A stretch of DNA of 63,921 nt, filler included, from Rhabdomonas costata (lineage: Eukaryota), in assembly GCA_019059605.1 (NCBI GenBank). It is 52 parts of 52 records of this genome, joined end to end, with 100 filler letters (N's around TTAATTAATTAA, not from the genome) between each part and the next. Parts side by side here need not be neighbours in the genome. Positions count along the whole stretch, not along the records: positions 48,014 to 49,153 come from JAHMHO010027057.1; positions 49,254 to 50,386 come from JAHMHO010027058.1; positions 50,487 to 51,617 come from JAHMHO010027059.1; positions 51,718 to 52,844 come from JAHMHO010027060.1; positions 52,945 to 54,075 come from JAHMHO010027061.1; positions 54,176 to 55,305 come from JAHMHO010027062.1; positions 55,406 to 56,536 come from JAHMHO010027063.1; positions 56,637 to 57,767 come from JAHMHO010027064.1; 44 more parts are not named here. One strand, 5' to 3'. Shown one piece after another: positions 48,213 through 60,640 of this stretch. Both the position numbers and the translations under genes were made by a program. Within the stretch, counting starts at the first letter, position 1, and the number at the start of each line of letters is the position of its first letter. Below the pieces are notes generated by a model. It was not told the origin of the DNA and did not search any database. It worked only from the letters and a program-made list of their open reading frames with translations.

Positions 48213-49096
48213 TGATAACTATCCTGAATTAACTCAGGTAGGTTGAGGTATGGCTGCACCATGCCAAAAGCAAAACCCACTGACCAACGAAGTGCACTGA
48301 AATCTGGGAGAAGATAACCAGACTGCGTGGGAAGCAGACGATTTGCATGCCATACCAGTTCATCCAGTCAGGAGATGCCACAAGCCCGGCACACAGCATC
48401 CCAACGGGAAGACTGAACCAGCAAATGCCAGCGTGCAAAGAGCACTCGAGAAAAACCCGACCTGAACTGTATGCTCTGATTGCCATTCTCTTTCAGGCGA
48501 CACCAGGAAACAAGAGGGCACAAGGGAAAATCATTCCTCTGGCTCACTCCCCCCATTCGGCTGGGCCTAAAAAAATTTACGGGACACACACAAGCGATTG
48601 AGTATTTCCAGAAAAGCGAACACTAATCGCCGCAGAGAAAACACGCACCCCGGCCATGGCCACCGCGCATCCTGCCAGGGCCAGCGGGGGGTAGTGTTGC
48701 GAGAACAGCAGGTAGCCCCCCAGCATCGCCACCACCGTCTTCACCTTTAATGCATTTGTGAGGGCGAGGAGGAGGAGGAGGCGACAAGCGCTCGCAGCAG
48801 CAGCACAAGGAATCCTATCAGCTGTCATACAGGTGTTTCACAAGGCAGGTGGCAGCAGGGCATTTGGGCCTGGGCTATGTACGTGTATGTGTGCGTGTGT
48901 GTGTGTGTGCGCTTGCTACATTTTCATTGCCGCTCGGAGCAAAAGAGAGGAGGTAAACATTGGGAAGACCTGGCCCAGCAGCACGTGGGTCAGCGGCGAG
49001 CAAGAGCCCACCACCTTAAACGCGGACCAGCTCACGAAGAAGGCGCCCAACCCACTCAGACCAATCAGCCCAGCGCGGCGGAGTGTCAGAGAGTAG
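48014..49096 (-). CDS. Nucleotide-sugar/triose-phosphate transporter family (SLC35E-like), exons 49096-48970, 48744-48649, 48089- (partial)
   Basis: LSGLGAFFVSWSAFKVVGSCSPLTHVLLGQ/VKTVVAMLGGYLLF..LAGCAVAMAG/VTLYT is the typical TPT C-terminal half. Confidence 0.85.
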
Positions 49097-49483
49097 CTGC
49101 CCCCCACCCCCAGCGGACACACACGTGTGTCTGGGGTGTGGCACACCACCACANNNNNNNNNNNNNNNNNNNNNNNNNNNNNNNNNNNNNNNNNNNNTTA
49201 ATTAATTAANNNNNNNNNNNNNNNNNNNNNNNNNNNNNNNNNNNNNNNNNNNNGGTTTTTTGGGAGGAGAAACTGCAGTTTCAAAAGTAACTTCACATGC
49301 ACATTCAGTAATTTCAGAAAGAAAGTTGCCAAAAGGGAGCCGATTTTGGGTATCCTCTCCGGCTGCAGCCTGAACCTTGCGTTCGTTCGCCCTTACTTCA
49401 AGCACCGCTCACTTGCCACTATTCAAGGGACGTGAACGTCTGCCTCAGCTTACTTACACCTCAGCTTACTTACTTACTTACTT

Positions 49484-50182
49484 ACACCGGGTGGGCTAGG
49501 GTTAGGGTTAGGGTTAGGGTTAGGGTTAGGGTTAGGGTTAGCCTCTTCAGTCGACCTCGGGAACCTCACCAATCGTCGGGGGCCTCATCGGAAATGGGGG
49601 AGTAGGACCACTTACTTCGGCCCAAAACCTCGCCCTATTCGCCGGGTGACATCCGCCATGGTCACTCCCGGACCGGACCAGACCGGAGACTAACATTGAC
49701 CTCAGAACTCAAGCTACAGTGACGGGTTGGGGCTCATATTTGGTGGTATGATAGTACTCCTGAGATGAATTCGTTGGCCTCGTTGGCCTTCCCGGCCTCG
49801 GACTTCTCTATGCCGAGATATGGCCCCTTCAAGGTCCCATTTTGCCCTTTTAAAGGCATTTTCGACTTGGCCGCATTTTCAAGGGCCTGGGATGCACTCT
49901 TCGGACCTTTGCAGGCCTGCCTGCTGAGCCTAACCTTTCGGCCGGGCCTACTTAGCATCCCTAAGGGTAGAGCGCAGGAGTACTGCATGTTGGCACCGGA
50001 GTGGGCCGGAATGCTTCGGTTTAGAGCCACGCTAGAGGCCATTTCAGGGCCATTTTTTGCGTTGTTTTTGGGCACTTCCTGCCTTTAGGCAGGCTTGCAA
50101 GGGCGCTTTTTGGACTCCTGCAGGCCTGCATATTGATAAGAGAATGAACTGTGGGCTGTCCGCGCACCTGCACGCCGGTGTG
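49484..50182 (+). mobile_element. Apparently full-length ~700-bp MITE-like element with imperfect TIRs
   Basis: Begins acaccgggtgggc and ends cacctgcacgccggtgtg; homologous to 17240-17687 and 21437-21943; no recognisable protein. Confidence 0.75.
49496..49541 (+). repeat. Interstitial telomeric tract CTAGGG(TTAGGG)6TTAG
   Basis: Six perfect TTAGGG units with unique sequence on both sides. Confidence 0.95.
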
Positions 50183-51246
50183 CCGTATACGATTACAAAT
50201 CGTGCCCGGGGTTAGCGCGCCGAAATTGGAGATCAAGCTCAGGGTGAAAGGGTTGGACCTCGGGGGGAGGGGGGCGGTCTGAATATTATATATGGATCCT
50301 TGTCACATTATCCCGACCCGTGGCACACTTCGGGTCGGGCACAGCGCCAGCGTCAAGCCCACCAACACCTAAACACACTCAACATANNNNNNNNNNNNNN
50401 NNNNNNNNNNNNNNNNNNNNNNNNNNNNNNTTAATTAATTAANNNNNNNNNNNNNNNNNNNNNNNNNNNNNNNNNNNNNNNNNNNNGGGGGGTGGTCCCC
50501 AATACCCGTCGTGTCGTCCAGCACGAACAGCAGCACCGTGACCGCGCCAAAAAACCAACAGGCAGAACAAGGACACACCACACCGCGCCAAGGCGCCCTG
50601 TGTGTTTCCTTTCCGCCATTTTATCGCACAAACATGCACAAACATGGGTTGGCGTCCTTCAGAACGCAGAGCTGGAATGTACGATTCGGAGCTTTCAAAA
50701 TTTGCATGTAAATTACATCCGTGACAGTTGTAAATTACTGCTTTAATTTTTAATTAATGCTTGCATCTCCTTAAGTCGTTGTGTGGTGTTTTCCACAAGA
50801 CAAACCTAAACCCCGTACACGCAAAGAAAAGAAATGCGAACCCAACACAAACCCAGCACGCAACACGCGCGAACACGCTGTGTTCTGGCTTATTGTGAGG
50901 TGTGGGCTCACCACACACAAATCGGCTTTGAAAGAAACTCTGATTTTAAAAAAAGGCTTTGATCAAAAACTTTTTTTTAAACCAATCGAAGGTCTTGAAG
51001 CTTGATAAAACGGCTGATTATTTCTAACATCTTTTCTCGTATCGACCAACACCCTACCCTGCCAAAAGGAAAGTGCTTGGTAGGGCGTTTCTGGATCCAT
51101 CGAGTTTCAAGCTAATTTTTTTAATTTTCTTTTTTAATTTTCTGGATTGCTGTTGTTCCGGAGTGTTTTGTTGTTTTTTCTTTGGTTATCCGGTCATTCT
51201 GGGGAGTGATGCACCCACCCCTCTCCCCCTTTGTTCCTCGTTGTAG

Positions 51247-51591
51247 TTGCCCTCGCGTGGACCCGGGCAACGGGAGACGTTCGCAAGGAACGGCAACAAA
51301 AGGTCACGAAGACTTTGAACTGTCATTTGAAGTGCGCTGTGAGGGGATTCGGATTTGCATCGTGGACATGGTCCACAAAACAAGATTGAAAGAGAGAGGG
51401 AGAAGAGATGGAGGAAGGGTGCAAAGCATCGGGTGGAATGGTATGTGTGTGCGCGTCTGAGAAATGCGCAGGAGATACGGGCGAATGCCTGTGCAGCAGC
51501 AAGCACCACAATGACAGACAAGCAATTTGAAAAGCAGCTCTTAAAAGGCATATCGGTTGTCATCCGGGATGCGGTGCTAAAGAGCTGTGCT
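51247..51591 (+). CDS. Unknown protein, exons 51247-51302 and 51472-51591 (partial)
   Basis: ALAWTRATGDVRKERQQK/EIRANAC..KQFEKQLLKGISVVIRDAVLKSCA with AG/GT boundaries. Confidence 0.45.
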
Positions 51592-51739
51592 GTGAGCGAA
51601 CTGCACCCCCCCCACAANNNNNNNNNNNNNNNNNNNNNNNNNNNNNNNNNNNNNNNNNNNNTTAATTAATTAANNNNNNNNNNNNNNNNNNNNNNNNNNN
51701 NNNNNNNNNNNNNNNNNGTCGTGTTGTGGTTGTGTTGTG

Positions 51740-52535
51740 TGTGGTGCACTCCCTCTGCTTTGGGTCCAGCGTGGTGGTCTCCAGAAGGATCTGCAGGTAT
51801 GCGACCAACTGGGCGACAAAGGGCTAGCGCAGGTTTGAAATTGGTGCACCAGCTAAAGGAGGAGGCCGACACGCCATCAAACCCTCCATATTACAGCTGA
51901 TCTTCATGTTCAGCAGACCCATGGCTACCTCAGTTGTGATGAGGGGGTTACACGGAGAGGAAGAATTACTCACGGCCCAAGGAGTGTGTCACGGTCTCTG
52001 AGTAGATCTGTGTTTTGGAGAAGGGGTGCGTCCCTCCCCCTCAAAAGGTCAGGTTGTTTTGGTTTTATGAAGGCAACTTTTGCTATCGCGGGTGGACGGC
52101 CTGGTGGTTGGATGCCCCAAACCTGTGAGGTACAGCTAGCTGCGGACTCCCCACACCCTCTTGTATCAACCTCTTCTCTTCCGACCAAGGACAGTACACA
52201 TAGATACCCTGCCTGTCAAAAAAACGTGTGCACTACACCGGCCACCAGCCTCCGGGCAAATCCTCGCAAGGGCAGAAGAAAGCGGACCACCATAAGACTA
52301 AATCTGCTCCACTTCAAACAGCGCGGTATTTGCTCCACACATGCACACGCAGATACCTCGGCCATCCCGATGCACGCCGTCAGCGGAGTCCTCATCTCAT
52401 GGCTGACCACGGCAAAGAAGACCTCCTTCGAGCGCATCAGCTCCCGGGCCTGCTCCTCCCTCCGATGCACCTCTGCCGCCTGCGCGGTCTCCCGAGCGCG
52501 CTCCACCGCGGCCCGGTCGACGGAGGTGATGGCCT
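51740..52535 (-). CDS. Sensor histidine kinase, HisKA domain, exons 52535-52357 and 51790- (partial)
   Basis: ..RSKEVFFAVVSHEMRTPLTACIGMAE/ILLETTTLDPKQRECT: canonical H-box split by a phase-0 GT-AG intron. Confidence 0.92.
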
Positions 52536-53748
52536 CTGCAAAGGCCTATGCCCCGAGGACGCCAACAGAACACTCACTCCGCAATAATAGGATGGAAAAT
52601 ACCTCACACTCCAAAAACGATTCCCCCGGAGAAAAGCAGGTCCAGCATAACAATCCAAACAACAAACGGGGCATCTTTTGACGTTCTATTGTGGGCAATA
52701 AAACAAATATCGCACAAAACATTCAAAACCACGTAATCCAGGGAAGCGGACATTGGTCACTCACTTTAAATGTCCCAAATTCCATGCCCCTTCGACGCAA
52801 ATAATTTTCAAACAGAGAGGAAAAACACAAACCAACCCAACACANNNNNNNNNNNNNNNNNNNNNNNNNNNNNNNNNNNNNNNNNNNNTTAATTAATTAA
52901 NNNNNNNNNNNNNNNNNNNNNNNNNNNNNNNNNNNNNNNNNNNNGTGGGGGTTGCTCCATTATTATTAGGAATCTCAGGGTGTTGCTCATCTTTTTTGGC
53001 CCTGAACCCAACAATCCACCCACACCCACCTTCTATTTAATCACAAGGCCAAAAAAGATGAGCAACACCCTGAGATTCCTAATAATAATGGAGCAGGCCG
53101 CAACCCATTGGTAAGCATTTTGTCAATAAGTTACACCCGGAAACTCCGAAAATGGTGTGCAAAGGTTTCAAGTACAAGTCTTTTTGACCTGAAAAGTTAC
53201 TGCTTGGAATGTGCAGTGCGTTGCGCGCCTTTTTTCGGGGTGCTTCCGTGTTTGTCATGATTTTTTCAGCAAGCTGTCGATTTCGTTAGAGGCGCCATTT
53301 GGTGAAGGGAACGTGGAGTTCAGCTCTGAACACAGCATGCTGTGGTGCAGTTCTGAGGTGACAAAGAGCACAGCCATCGGCATATGGTTACATGGTTACA
53401 GCGGGGCGGCGGATCCGCTCCGCCGACGAAGCCGACCCATTGGACCCTGAATCCAATCGGTCTGCAACCGACAACGCTTGACAGTTCACGGACAGAAACC
53501 AGGTCCCCAGCAACCACGGCTTAGCAGAAAAGTGTCCTTCGCAGCTGTTTTTGGGTCTGACTGCTACGGATACCACTGAGACAGAATATCGATCATAACA
53601 ACCATGCGCAGGGAGAGCAAAAGGTGGTAGGGCACACACATTGCTCCACAATTCGAATCAGACATTTCTTTCCATGACAACAAAACTACACATAAAATCG
53701 CATCCTGGCTTCAATCAGAAGTGGATAGCAAATACAATACAAACGCAC

Positions 53749-53946
53749 CAGTGACGTTCACCGCCTTGTCTCTGCCTCGATCGGTGGTCATGTCAAACTC
53801 AACAGGCTGTAAAAAGGAAGAGCCCACAAGAATATGAACACTCCCTTAGCATCGCCCAACGAAAGACTGGGAAAAAAAGCAGAGTCAGCAAACCTCGCCT
53901 TCTTGCAGAGAGCGGTGCCCTTCGCACTTGACCTCGGTCTGGTGCA
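53749..53946 (-). CDS. Cold-shock-domain (Y-box-like) protein, micro-exons 53946-53894 and 53806-53749 (partial)
   Basis: (V)HQTEVKCEGHRSLQEGE/PVEFDMTTDRGRDKAVNVTG matches the CSD VHQ..I..EGFRSL.EGE.VEF......A.NVTG motif; not in the ORF track. Confidence 0.88.
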
Positions 53947-55823
53947 CTGCGTGTGTGAGCACCAAAGAAAGGAAGCTATGACAAGGACCACTTAGCAGGG
54001 TACCGGGCACAGCCACTTTGGAAGTAAACCGAGAATATCAGGCCGATTAGCAAACCACGACGAGGAACCAAACAANNNNNNNNNNNNNNNNNNNNNNNNN
54101 NNNNNNNNNNNNNNNNNNNTTAATTAATTAANNNNNNNNNNNNNNNNNNNNNNNNNNNNNNNNNNNNNNNNNNNNCGGCTGGTTGAGCAGGTTCAAGACA
54201 TGTGTCCACGGGCTGAGCGTGCAGGTCACGAGGTTCGTCAACAGGAGGGGCAACATGAGGCTGGCAGCTAGGACTGCTATGAACGCATTTGTATTCCTTG
54301 GGTGAATTTTCCTTTTCCGAGGGGACGTCTGGCAGAGCCGCTTTGGGGTATTCTTGTCCACTGAGGAAAAAAAAAGTACAGAGCCAACTTGAAGCAGCCA
54401 GTGCCTAATCTGAAGTCCAACCACAAAAGCAAACTGGAAAGAGAGACACATGCCTGGAAAACGACTTGGCCACTGCCGTTGGCGAAAACGGCTTCCAAGT
54501 GGGCTGTGCCCCGCGGGAGTACTCCGGTTCCTGGGGAGAAAGTCCGTTGGCAAGGGCAGAATAAAAAAAGAGGGGCGAGGGGGCGGGACGGGGTGTAACA
54601 CCATCTCGCAGAGAGCCATATTTCATCATTGGCAAGAACAGCACCCAAATCACAGATTATGACGACCGGGTTTTTACCACAATTCTTTTGGGGGTGGGGA
54701 GCGTTAAACAGTACCGTTTCACAGAGCAACAGCCGGTTAAAAATCTTGTGCCGAAAAAACGGACAGACTGTTAAGTAAGCCTACCCACAGAGCGTGGTCA
54801 TGCGGAAGTACCCTGGCCCGTTCAGGGGAAGCCATGGTTGATGTCGTCAGCGGCGAAGTCAAAGGCGTTGGGCAATCCTGCGTCTCAACAGCCCTGAAAA
54901 AAACAAATAAAAAACAAAGGACAACTCTCCCATGAACAGTGACGACGTTCCATCAATGATATCAGACAAAAAGCTGTCTTCGGCTCTCACTGTGTAACAA
55001 AAAGAGGCCTTTAAAGAAAGACTCCCCTCACATAATGTGCCTGCGCAGTCCAGGCTGACGAAGAGCGGCGAGCTGGGCCTTCACCCCTTCCTCCTCAACC
55101 ACACCTGTAAACAAGAACCAAAAGATATAAAAAACAAACTTGAGTTCTTAACCCTTCTCGTTCTCAGCCTTTTTTGCAATTTTTTTCGCCAAACCAACCG
55201 CAAGTCGTCAGCCCTCGGCCAGCGGTATTTTTAGAGTACCCCAGAAGCACTCCCATTCACAGCACTTCAGCCAAGGGGTTTGCTTTAACTTCGTGTGTGA
55301 GGAGGNNNNNNNNNNNNNNNNNNNNNNNNNNNNNNNNNNNNNNNNNNNNTTAATTAATTAANNNNNNNNNNNNNNNNNNNNNNNNNNNNNNNNNNNNNNN
55401 NNNNNTGTTTTTTTTTGGGTTAAGTTGCTGCAAGACAGCTGCAGGTTTTTTTAAGTAGATGGGCTTGTTGCGCGGTGGACACGGTGTATCCTTTGTTTTC
55501 TTCTTTGAATTAGGGACAGTTGTGAGAAATAGAATTCCTTCTTCGTTGTCTTCTTTCTTCATTGGCATTGTTTCTTTGCGAACGGGTCATTTTTTTTTGT
55601 GGGCTGGGTACTTTTACTGTACACCTTTTGAAACGTTTTTTTTGGGGATTCAACCTCAACTGGTTTCTCGAGCCCCTGGTGGCTCTTCCTATCCCCCCTC
55701 CCCCACAAACTAATTTTGGAAAGGCAGCAGAATACGCGGAACCATCACATAAAACATCCCACTGGTCAATCATGCCAGTCCATCTCCACAAATCAATGGT
55801 GGTGGTGGTGGTTTTGCCTTCAG

Positions 55824-56082
55824 GTCCATGGATTCCGCCTCCGTGGTGGTTCCCTCGGGGGCGCTGCAGGTGCTGCTCGTGAACGGCAGCAACACCACCA
55901 ACACCACCGCTGCGGTGTACCGCCAGACCTTCAGCTACACCAGCCCGCTGGCCCTGAGGCACCGGATGTGCTTTGTGGCTCAGAGCGCGGCGCCCGCGCA
56001 GAGCTTGCCGTACTGCCTGGAGATGGTATTCCTGGCGGCCCCCACCGCGGCCACGGTGTGGCCCGTACCCAGCTCAGCTCAG
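55824..56082 (+). CDS. Exon of a probable extracellular beta-sandwich glycoprotein
   Basis: GC3-rich, bounded by AG/GT; N-glycosylation sequons NGS/NTT and a CF.A......S..YC motif. Confidence 0.55.
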
Positions 56083-58257
56083 GTGTGCACCTGTCTCTCC
56101 CTCTCGCGTACGCTCAGGATCTCTATCCCTCTGTGTGGGTGTGTCCTTTTTCTCTTCCTCGACCTGTCTCAGCCGTCATCTCAAGTCTCTCGACTGAACG
56201 AGAGACTCCGGCTCAACGATTCACGCTGAGGTAACTAATGTCCCCAACCCGACACTTGCAGGCTCCCGTGATTCAAAGGGAAAGTCCTGGTTGGGGTGGG
56301 GAGCTGCCTCCCCCACCACGCCTGAGCGAGACCAGCGAGGCAGACCGTGAATATGGATTTGAAAATGATTCGGGTGCTGACAGTATCTATAACAGTGTTT
56401 ACTTTTTACACCTGGAGGTGTGTTCTCCTGTGCATAAGAGGAGCATAGGTTTTTAGGGACATGGCTTTTTCTATGATTCATGTCCTGTCTTTCTCTTCTA
56501 TGTTTCCCTCACTTGTTGCTGTGGTTCCACCAACACNNNNNNNNNNNNNNNNNNNNNNNNNNNNNNNNNNNNNNNNNNNNTTAATTAATTAANNNNNNNN
56601 NNNNNNNNNNNNNNNNNNNNNNNNNNNNNNNNNNNNGGTTTTGTGTTTCTGTGCTTCTGCTCCTGCGTATTGCTTCGTTGTGTCAACAGTTTTGTGTTTC
56701 AAAATCTTGTGAACCATGGTCGGGGATTTCCTGCCCTGGTGCGGCATCTGTTGACTTTGAGGATGTTGGTCAACTGGCGGGTTTTCTCGTGGAAGAAAAA
56801 ATAACTTGGCAACTTGCCAAGTAGAAGCAATGGTAAGACTTGAGGTCAAACGCGTCCCGCGAAGCTCTCTGGGAAACCTCGCACGCTGTCCCTGTAAAAA
56901 CATGCTGTGACTACGGAAATCCCAATGTTCTTTTTCACACCACTGTGGTGCGGGGGTGGCTATTCCAACAGAATTAGTCGCACTTCCCGCGGCTCGTAGA
57001 AATACCGCTCGCACAAAACTTCCCCACATGGCTGGACGAACGGCGCCTTTTCTTAGAGATGGCGGAAACCGCACGCACACCCGCAGAGAGGCCACACATA
57101 AGTCGGAACGGTTTTTCTGCTAACAGGGGCGCCGTAGGACCCATCCAAAGTCCAAGCTGAAACACGTTTTTCATTCAGGCGGTACACCGCATCGTAAACG
57201 GAAACAGTGAGTGGTTTGAAAGGTGTCCCGCATCACCGCACTTGCAGGTCCCAAAAGAACAACAACAAAGCAGAAGATGAGAGAGAGAAGGAGCAAAGGG
57301 CAGAAAGGGAGGCGCACAAATTGCACGGCAAACGCCACCACCACGCCGAGGCATCCATCGGCCGCGAAGGCGAAGGGGGCGAAGCGCACCCAATCCATCT
57401 CTCCCAAATCCCCACCCATTTGCACAGGAGGCATAGTGGTTTTGCCAAACGTGGTAGGATGTACTGCAAGCAACCCGTGCAGCACCACCAGCTGTCAGGC
57501 CAACTACCCACTCGCTCCCATACACTTTCCCTGGGATTCCACGAGTTTTCACTCGCGTACCTGCTCACAGAAGAAGGAGTGCTTGCACGTACAAACCCAC
57601 ACCCAAAGAAGTGTGGAACCATGAAAGAATTATACAGAGACTGGAACAAAAACAAATTCGAGCAGCACAGTGAAAGAGAGCAGGGGGTAAAGCGTGCTCT
57701 GTGCGGGACGCCGGGAGAACGCTGCTCATAGAGCCCTCGCACAACGGACCAGTTTGCCACCACAAACNNNNNNNNNNNNNNNNNNNNNNNNNNNNNNNNN
57801 NNNNNNNNNNNTTAATTAATTAANNNNNNNNNNNNNNNNNNNNNNNNNNNNNNNNNNNNNNNNNNNNGAAATTGTCACCGGGAAGGTGTGTGCATGTCTG
57901 TCGGTGTGGGTGTGGGTGTGCCCTTTGGGGGTATCCGGGCTGAGCGCGAACTCCTGCAAGCTGTCCTGGAAACTCTTTCTTCGCTTCTGCTGTCATTTTT
58001 GCTTTCACCCCGATTTGCTTTTTAACTTTTAGCCTTCACGCAAGGTCAGCTGAGTATGCTTCTGTTTGTTCACCACTGGCTTGTTGATTTGACCAGCTGC
58101 AAATTTTTTTGATGTGCTCCCGACTTGATTGCTGGAAATAGACCTCAGGCTCTTGCAGAAAGCATCCAGACAGAAAACATGAGAGGGAAAAGTATTTTGT
58201 TTTTTTTTTGGTATTCGGGTTTTTCTTTTTCAATTGTTTGTCTGCGTGGGCTCCCAG

Positions 58258-58786
58258 CTTTGCCGCACCAAAAGCAGAAGTCCTGGTCCACCGACACACT
58301 CTCTACTCTGTCCTTGCTTCACAGCCTTACAACGGAACGCAACACCAGCGCCCGCACAGCTTCTACTGCTGTGAGCACTGGCAGATTTCCCGGGCGCTGC
58401 TCCGTCGTGTTCCCCTGAAGACGTACAGGACCCTCCTCCGGCATGTTGCTGCGGGGCAGATTGCGGGATACGTCTTTGAATACAGCTTTCACCACCTCAT
58501 AGGGTTCCCGCTATCTATGCGCCCCCTGTCCCGCTGCTCCGTGTTCGAATGTTCCAAACCACAGTGCCATAGTGCGGGGACGTACTACGTGGAGTGGTCC
58601 CATGACCGCCTCAAGGTGCATGCCCGAGAGCAGTGGTATCGCTCGCAGCTGGGCGTGGCCCGCGCGCTGTGGCTGCGCCGGGTGAAGCACGAGTGCCGAC
58701 GGCCCGTGAACGTTGGGGCGTTGTGCTATGTGCCCTATCCGCCTACCACCCGCAGCTGGCAACTTCGCAATGCCTCGGAGGGATGA
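58258..58786 (+). CDS. DUF3431-like protein (partial)
   Basis: FYCCEHWQISRALLRRVPLKTYRTLL..AGYVFEYSFHHLIG resembles CAQF.VSR..I..RP...Y....G..FE..WH.IFG. Confidence 0.7.
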
Positions 58787-59556
58787 ATGGAACGGCCAGT
58801 CTTCCGTACCGTGCGAATTACGGCTCAAGTCACTGGCACTCGGCCACTGGCATTTGGATTCATGTGGACCACCCAGGGGTTTGATCGTCTGAATTGAAGC
58901 AGGGCTGTGGAAGCGACTCCGGAGGAAGAAGAGTGAATTGCCAAATGTGTGGAAACCTTTCCCTCAATCTGTCCACGTTGGACGGGATCCCACAAACCNN
59001 NNNNNNNNNNNNNNNNNNNNNNNNNNNNNNNNNNNNNNNNNNTTAATTAATTAANNNNNNNNNNNNNNNNNNNNNNNNNNNNNNNNNNNNNNNNNNNNTG
59101 GGGTGTGGGGAGGCGAGCCAACCGGGACCGGGGCGCCTGTTCCTACCATTTGGAAACACGCACCGTTCGCGCGAACACTCTGTGCAAAAAAAGAGATTTT
59201 TCCCGAAAGCTTGAATGCTCTGTGCTTCAGAACGACGGCAAGCTCTGGTGGGAGTTCCATAAAAACAGATGCACAGATTATCAAGTGAACATAGCGGCGC
59301 GAAGGAGAGCAGCGCAAAGAAGCGAGGCTCGAAGCAGAAAGGGAGAAAAGAGAGGGGAAATAAACGATTCAACATAAAAACAAACGAGAGAGAGTGAGTG
59401 AGAGGTTCGGAGGAATCACTGCGCTTGCACTTGTATAGAGAGGAAGCAGCCACCATCTTCACTCTCACCCCAGCTCAATATAGCATGGAATCAAACGAAA
59501 AAAGTGGAAGAACTACCTCAATATTGCATTCCCACCTCTTCTTTGCATCTACATAC

Positions 59557-60144
59557 TTGCTGAGGTGGACGAAGCAGATGCCCGTGAGGGTGAGGAAGCT
59601 TTGGCAGCTTCCGCCAGTACGGGCGAGGGAGCCGAAACCACAACCGATGGCGGTAACCCGGAAGAGGAAGTGGGCAAAAGATCAGATGGAGTGGGCCCAG
59701 GAATGCGCCGTGGAACAGCCGCGGGAGAAGGGCGAGAAGGGTCTGGACGCTCTGGCCTGGGGACAACCGGCTCTACAATGAGAAGAAGACATCAGAGCGA
59801 TTTGTCGCGGTGCAGGTGAATGCAAGCAGAGTGGGCAAAACCAAGCGACTCGGTAGTCCCCAACGTCAAGTGGGTCAAAAAAGCGTCAGAGCATATACGT
59901 TTGGCGGAGTACGTGGAGGAGGAGGCCCCGGGGGCCCCAACTGTTCCCGAGGCAAGCGGTGGAGAGGGGAAGATCGGAGCCAGCTGTGTAGGCTTTGGAG
60001 AGGGCATCACGGCCGCCGCCGTTGCGCGCTTCGGTGAGGCGGCGGCATGGGGAGAGGAGGACGAGGGGGGCACGGCCCGCTGCGCACCGACAGGGGGTTC
60101 GCTGTCACTCGAGGAAGAGGCAGAAGAGGGCCTGCTGAAGCCAG
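59557..60144 (-). CDS. Ser/Pro/Ala-rich low-complexity protein, 2 probable exons (partial)
   Basis: Pyrimidine-tract/TAG acceptors and GTAT donors flank open S/P-rich frames. Confidence 0.45.
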
Positions 60145-60429
60145 CTACAGAGAGAGAGAGAGCACGCGTTGAGAGCATATGGGAGTGGAAAAATGTAGGG
60201 GCGCTGGTGCATTTTGAGGACCCCACCCCNNNNNNNNNNNNNNNNNNNNNNNNNNNNNNNNNNNNNNNNNNNNTTAATTAATTAANNNNNNNNNNNNNNN
60301 NNNNNNNNNNNNNNNNNNNNNNNNNNNNNGTAAAATACTCTCGGACACCCGGTTTTTGAAGGATGGTATGCTCCGCCCCAGGTTTGTGTGCTTTTGTGTG
60401 CCCGGCTTTTGGAAGGGGGTGTCCCGCAG

Positions 60430-60640
60430 GCTGGGAGCGATGTACATTCTGGAGGCGAACTGGTTCTATTGGGCCCTGTGGAAGGTGGTGGCACCGCTGC
60501 TGACGGAGAAGACGCGCTCGAAGTTCCACATCCTCAACAGCCCAGCGGAGCTCGAGACCTACTTTGAGGTTTCCCAGCTTCCCCCTGAGATTCAGGAGAG
60601 GGTCCGCGGGGCCCGCGGCAGGACTCGGTCCCCTGACTAG
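60430..60640 (+). CDS. CRAL-TRIO/Sec14 lipid-binding domain, terminal exon
   Basis: RLGAMYILEANWFYWALWKVVAPLLTEKTRSKFHIL....LETYFEVSQLP.E. Confidence 0.88.
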
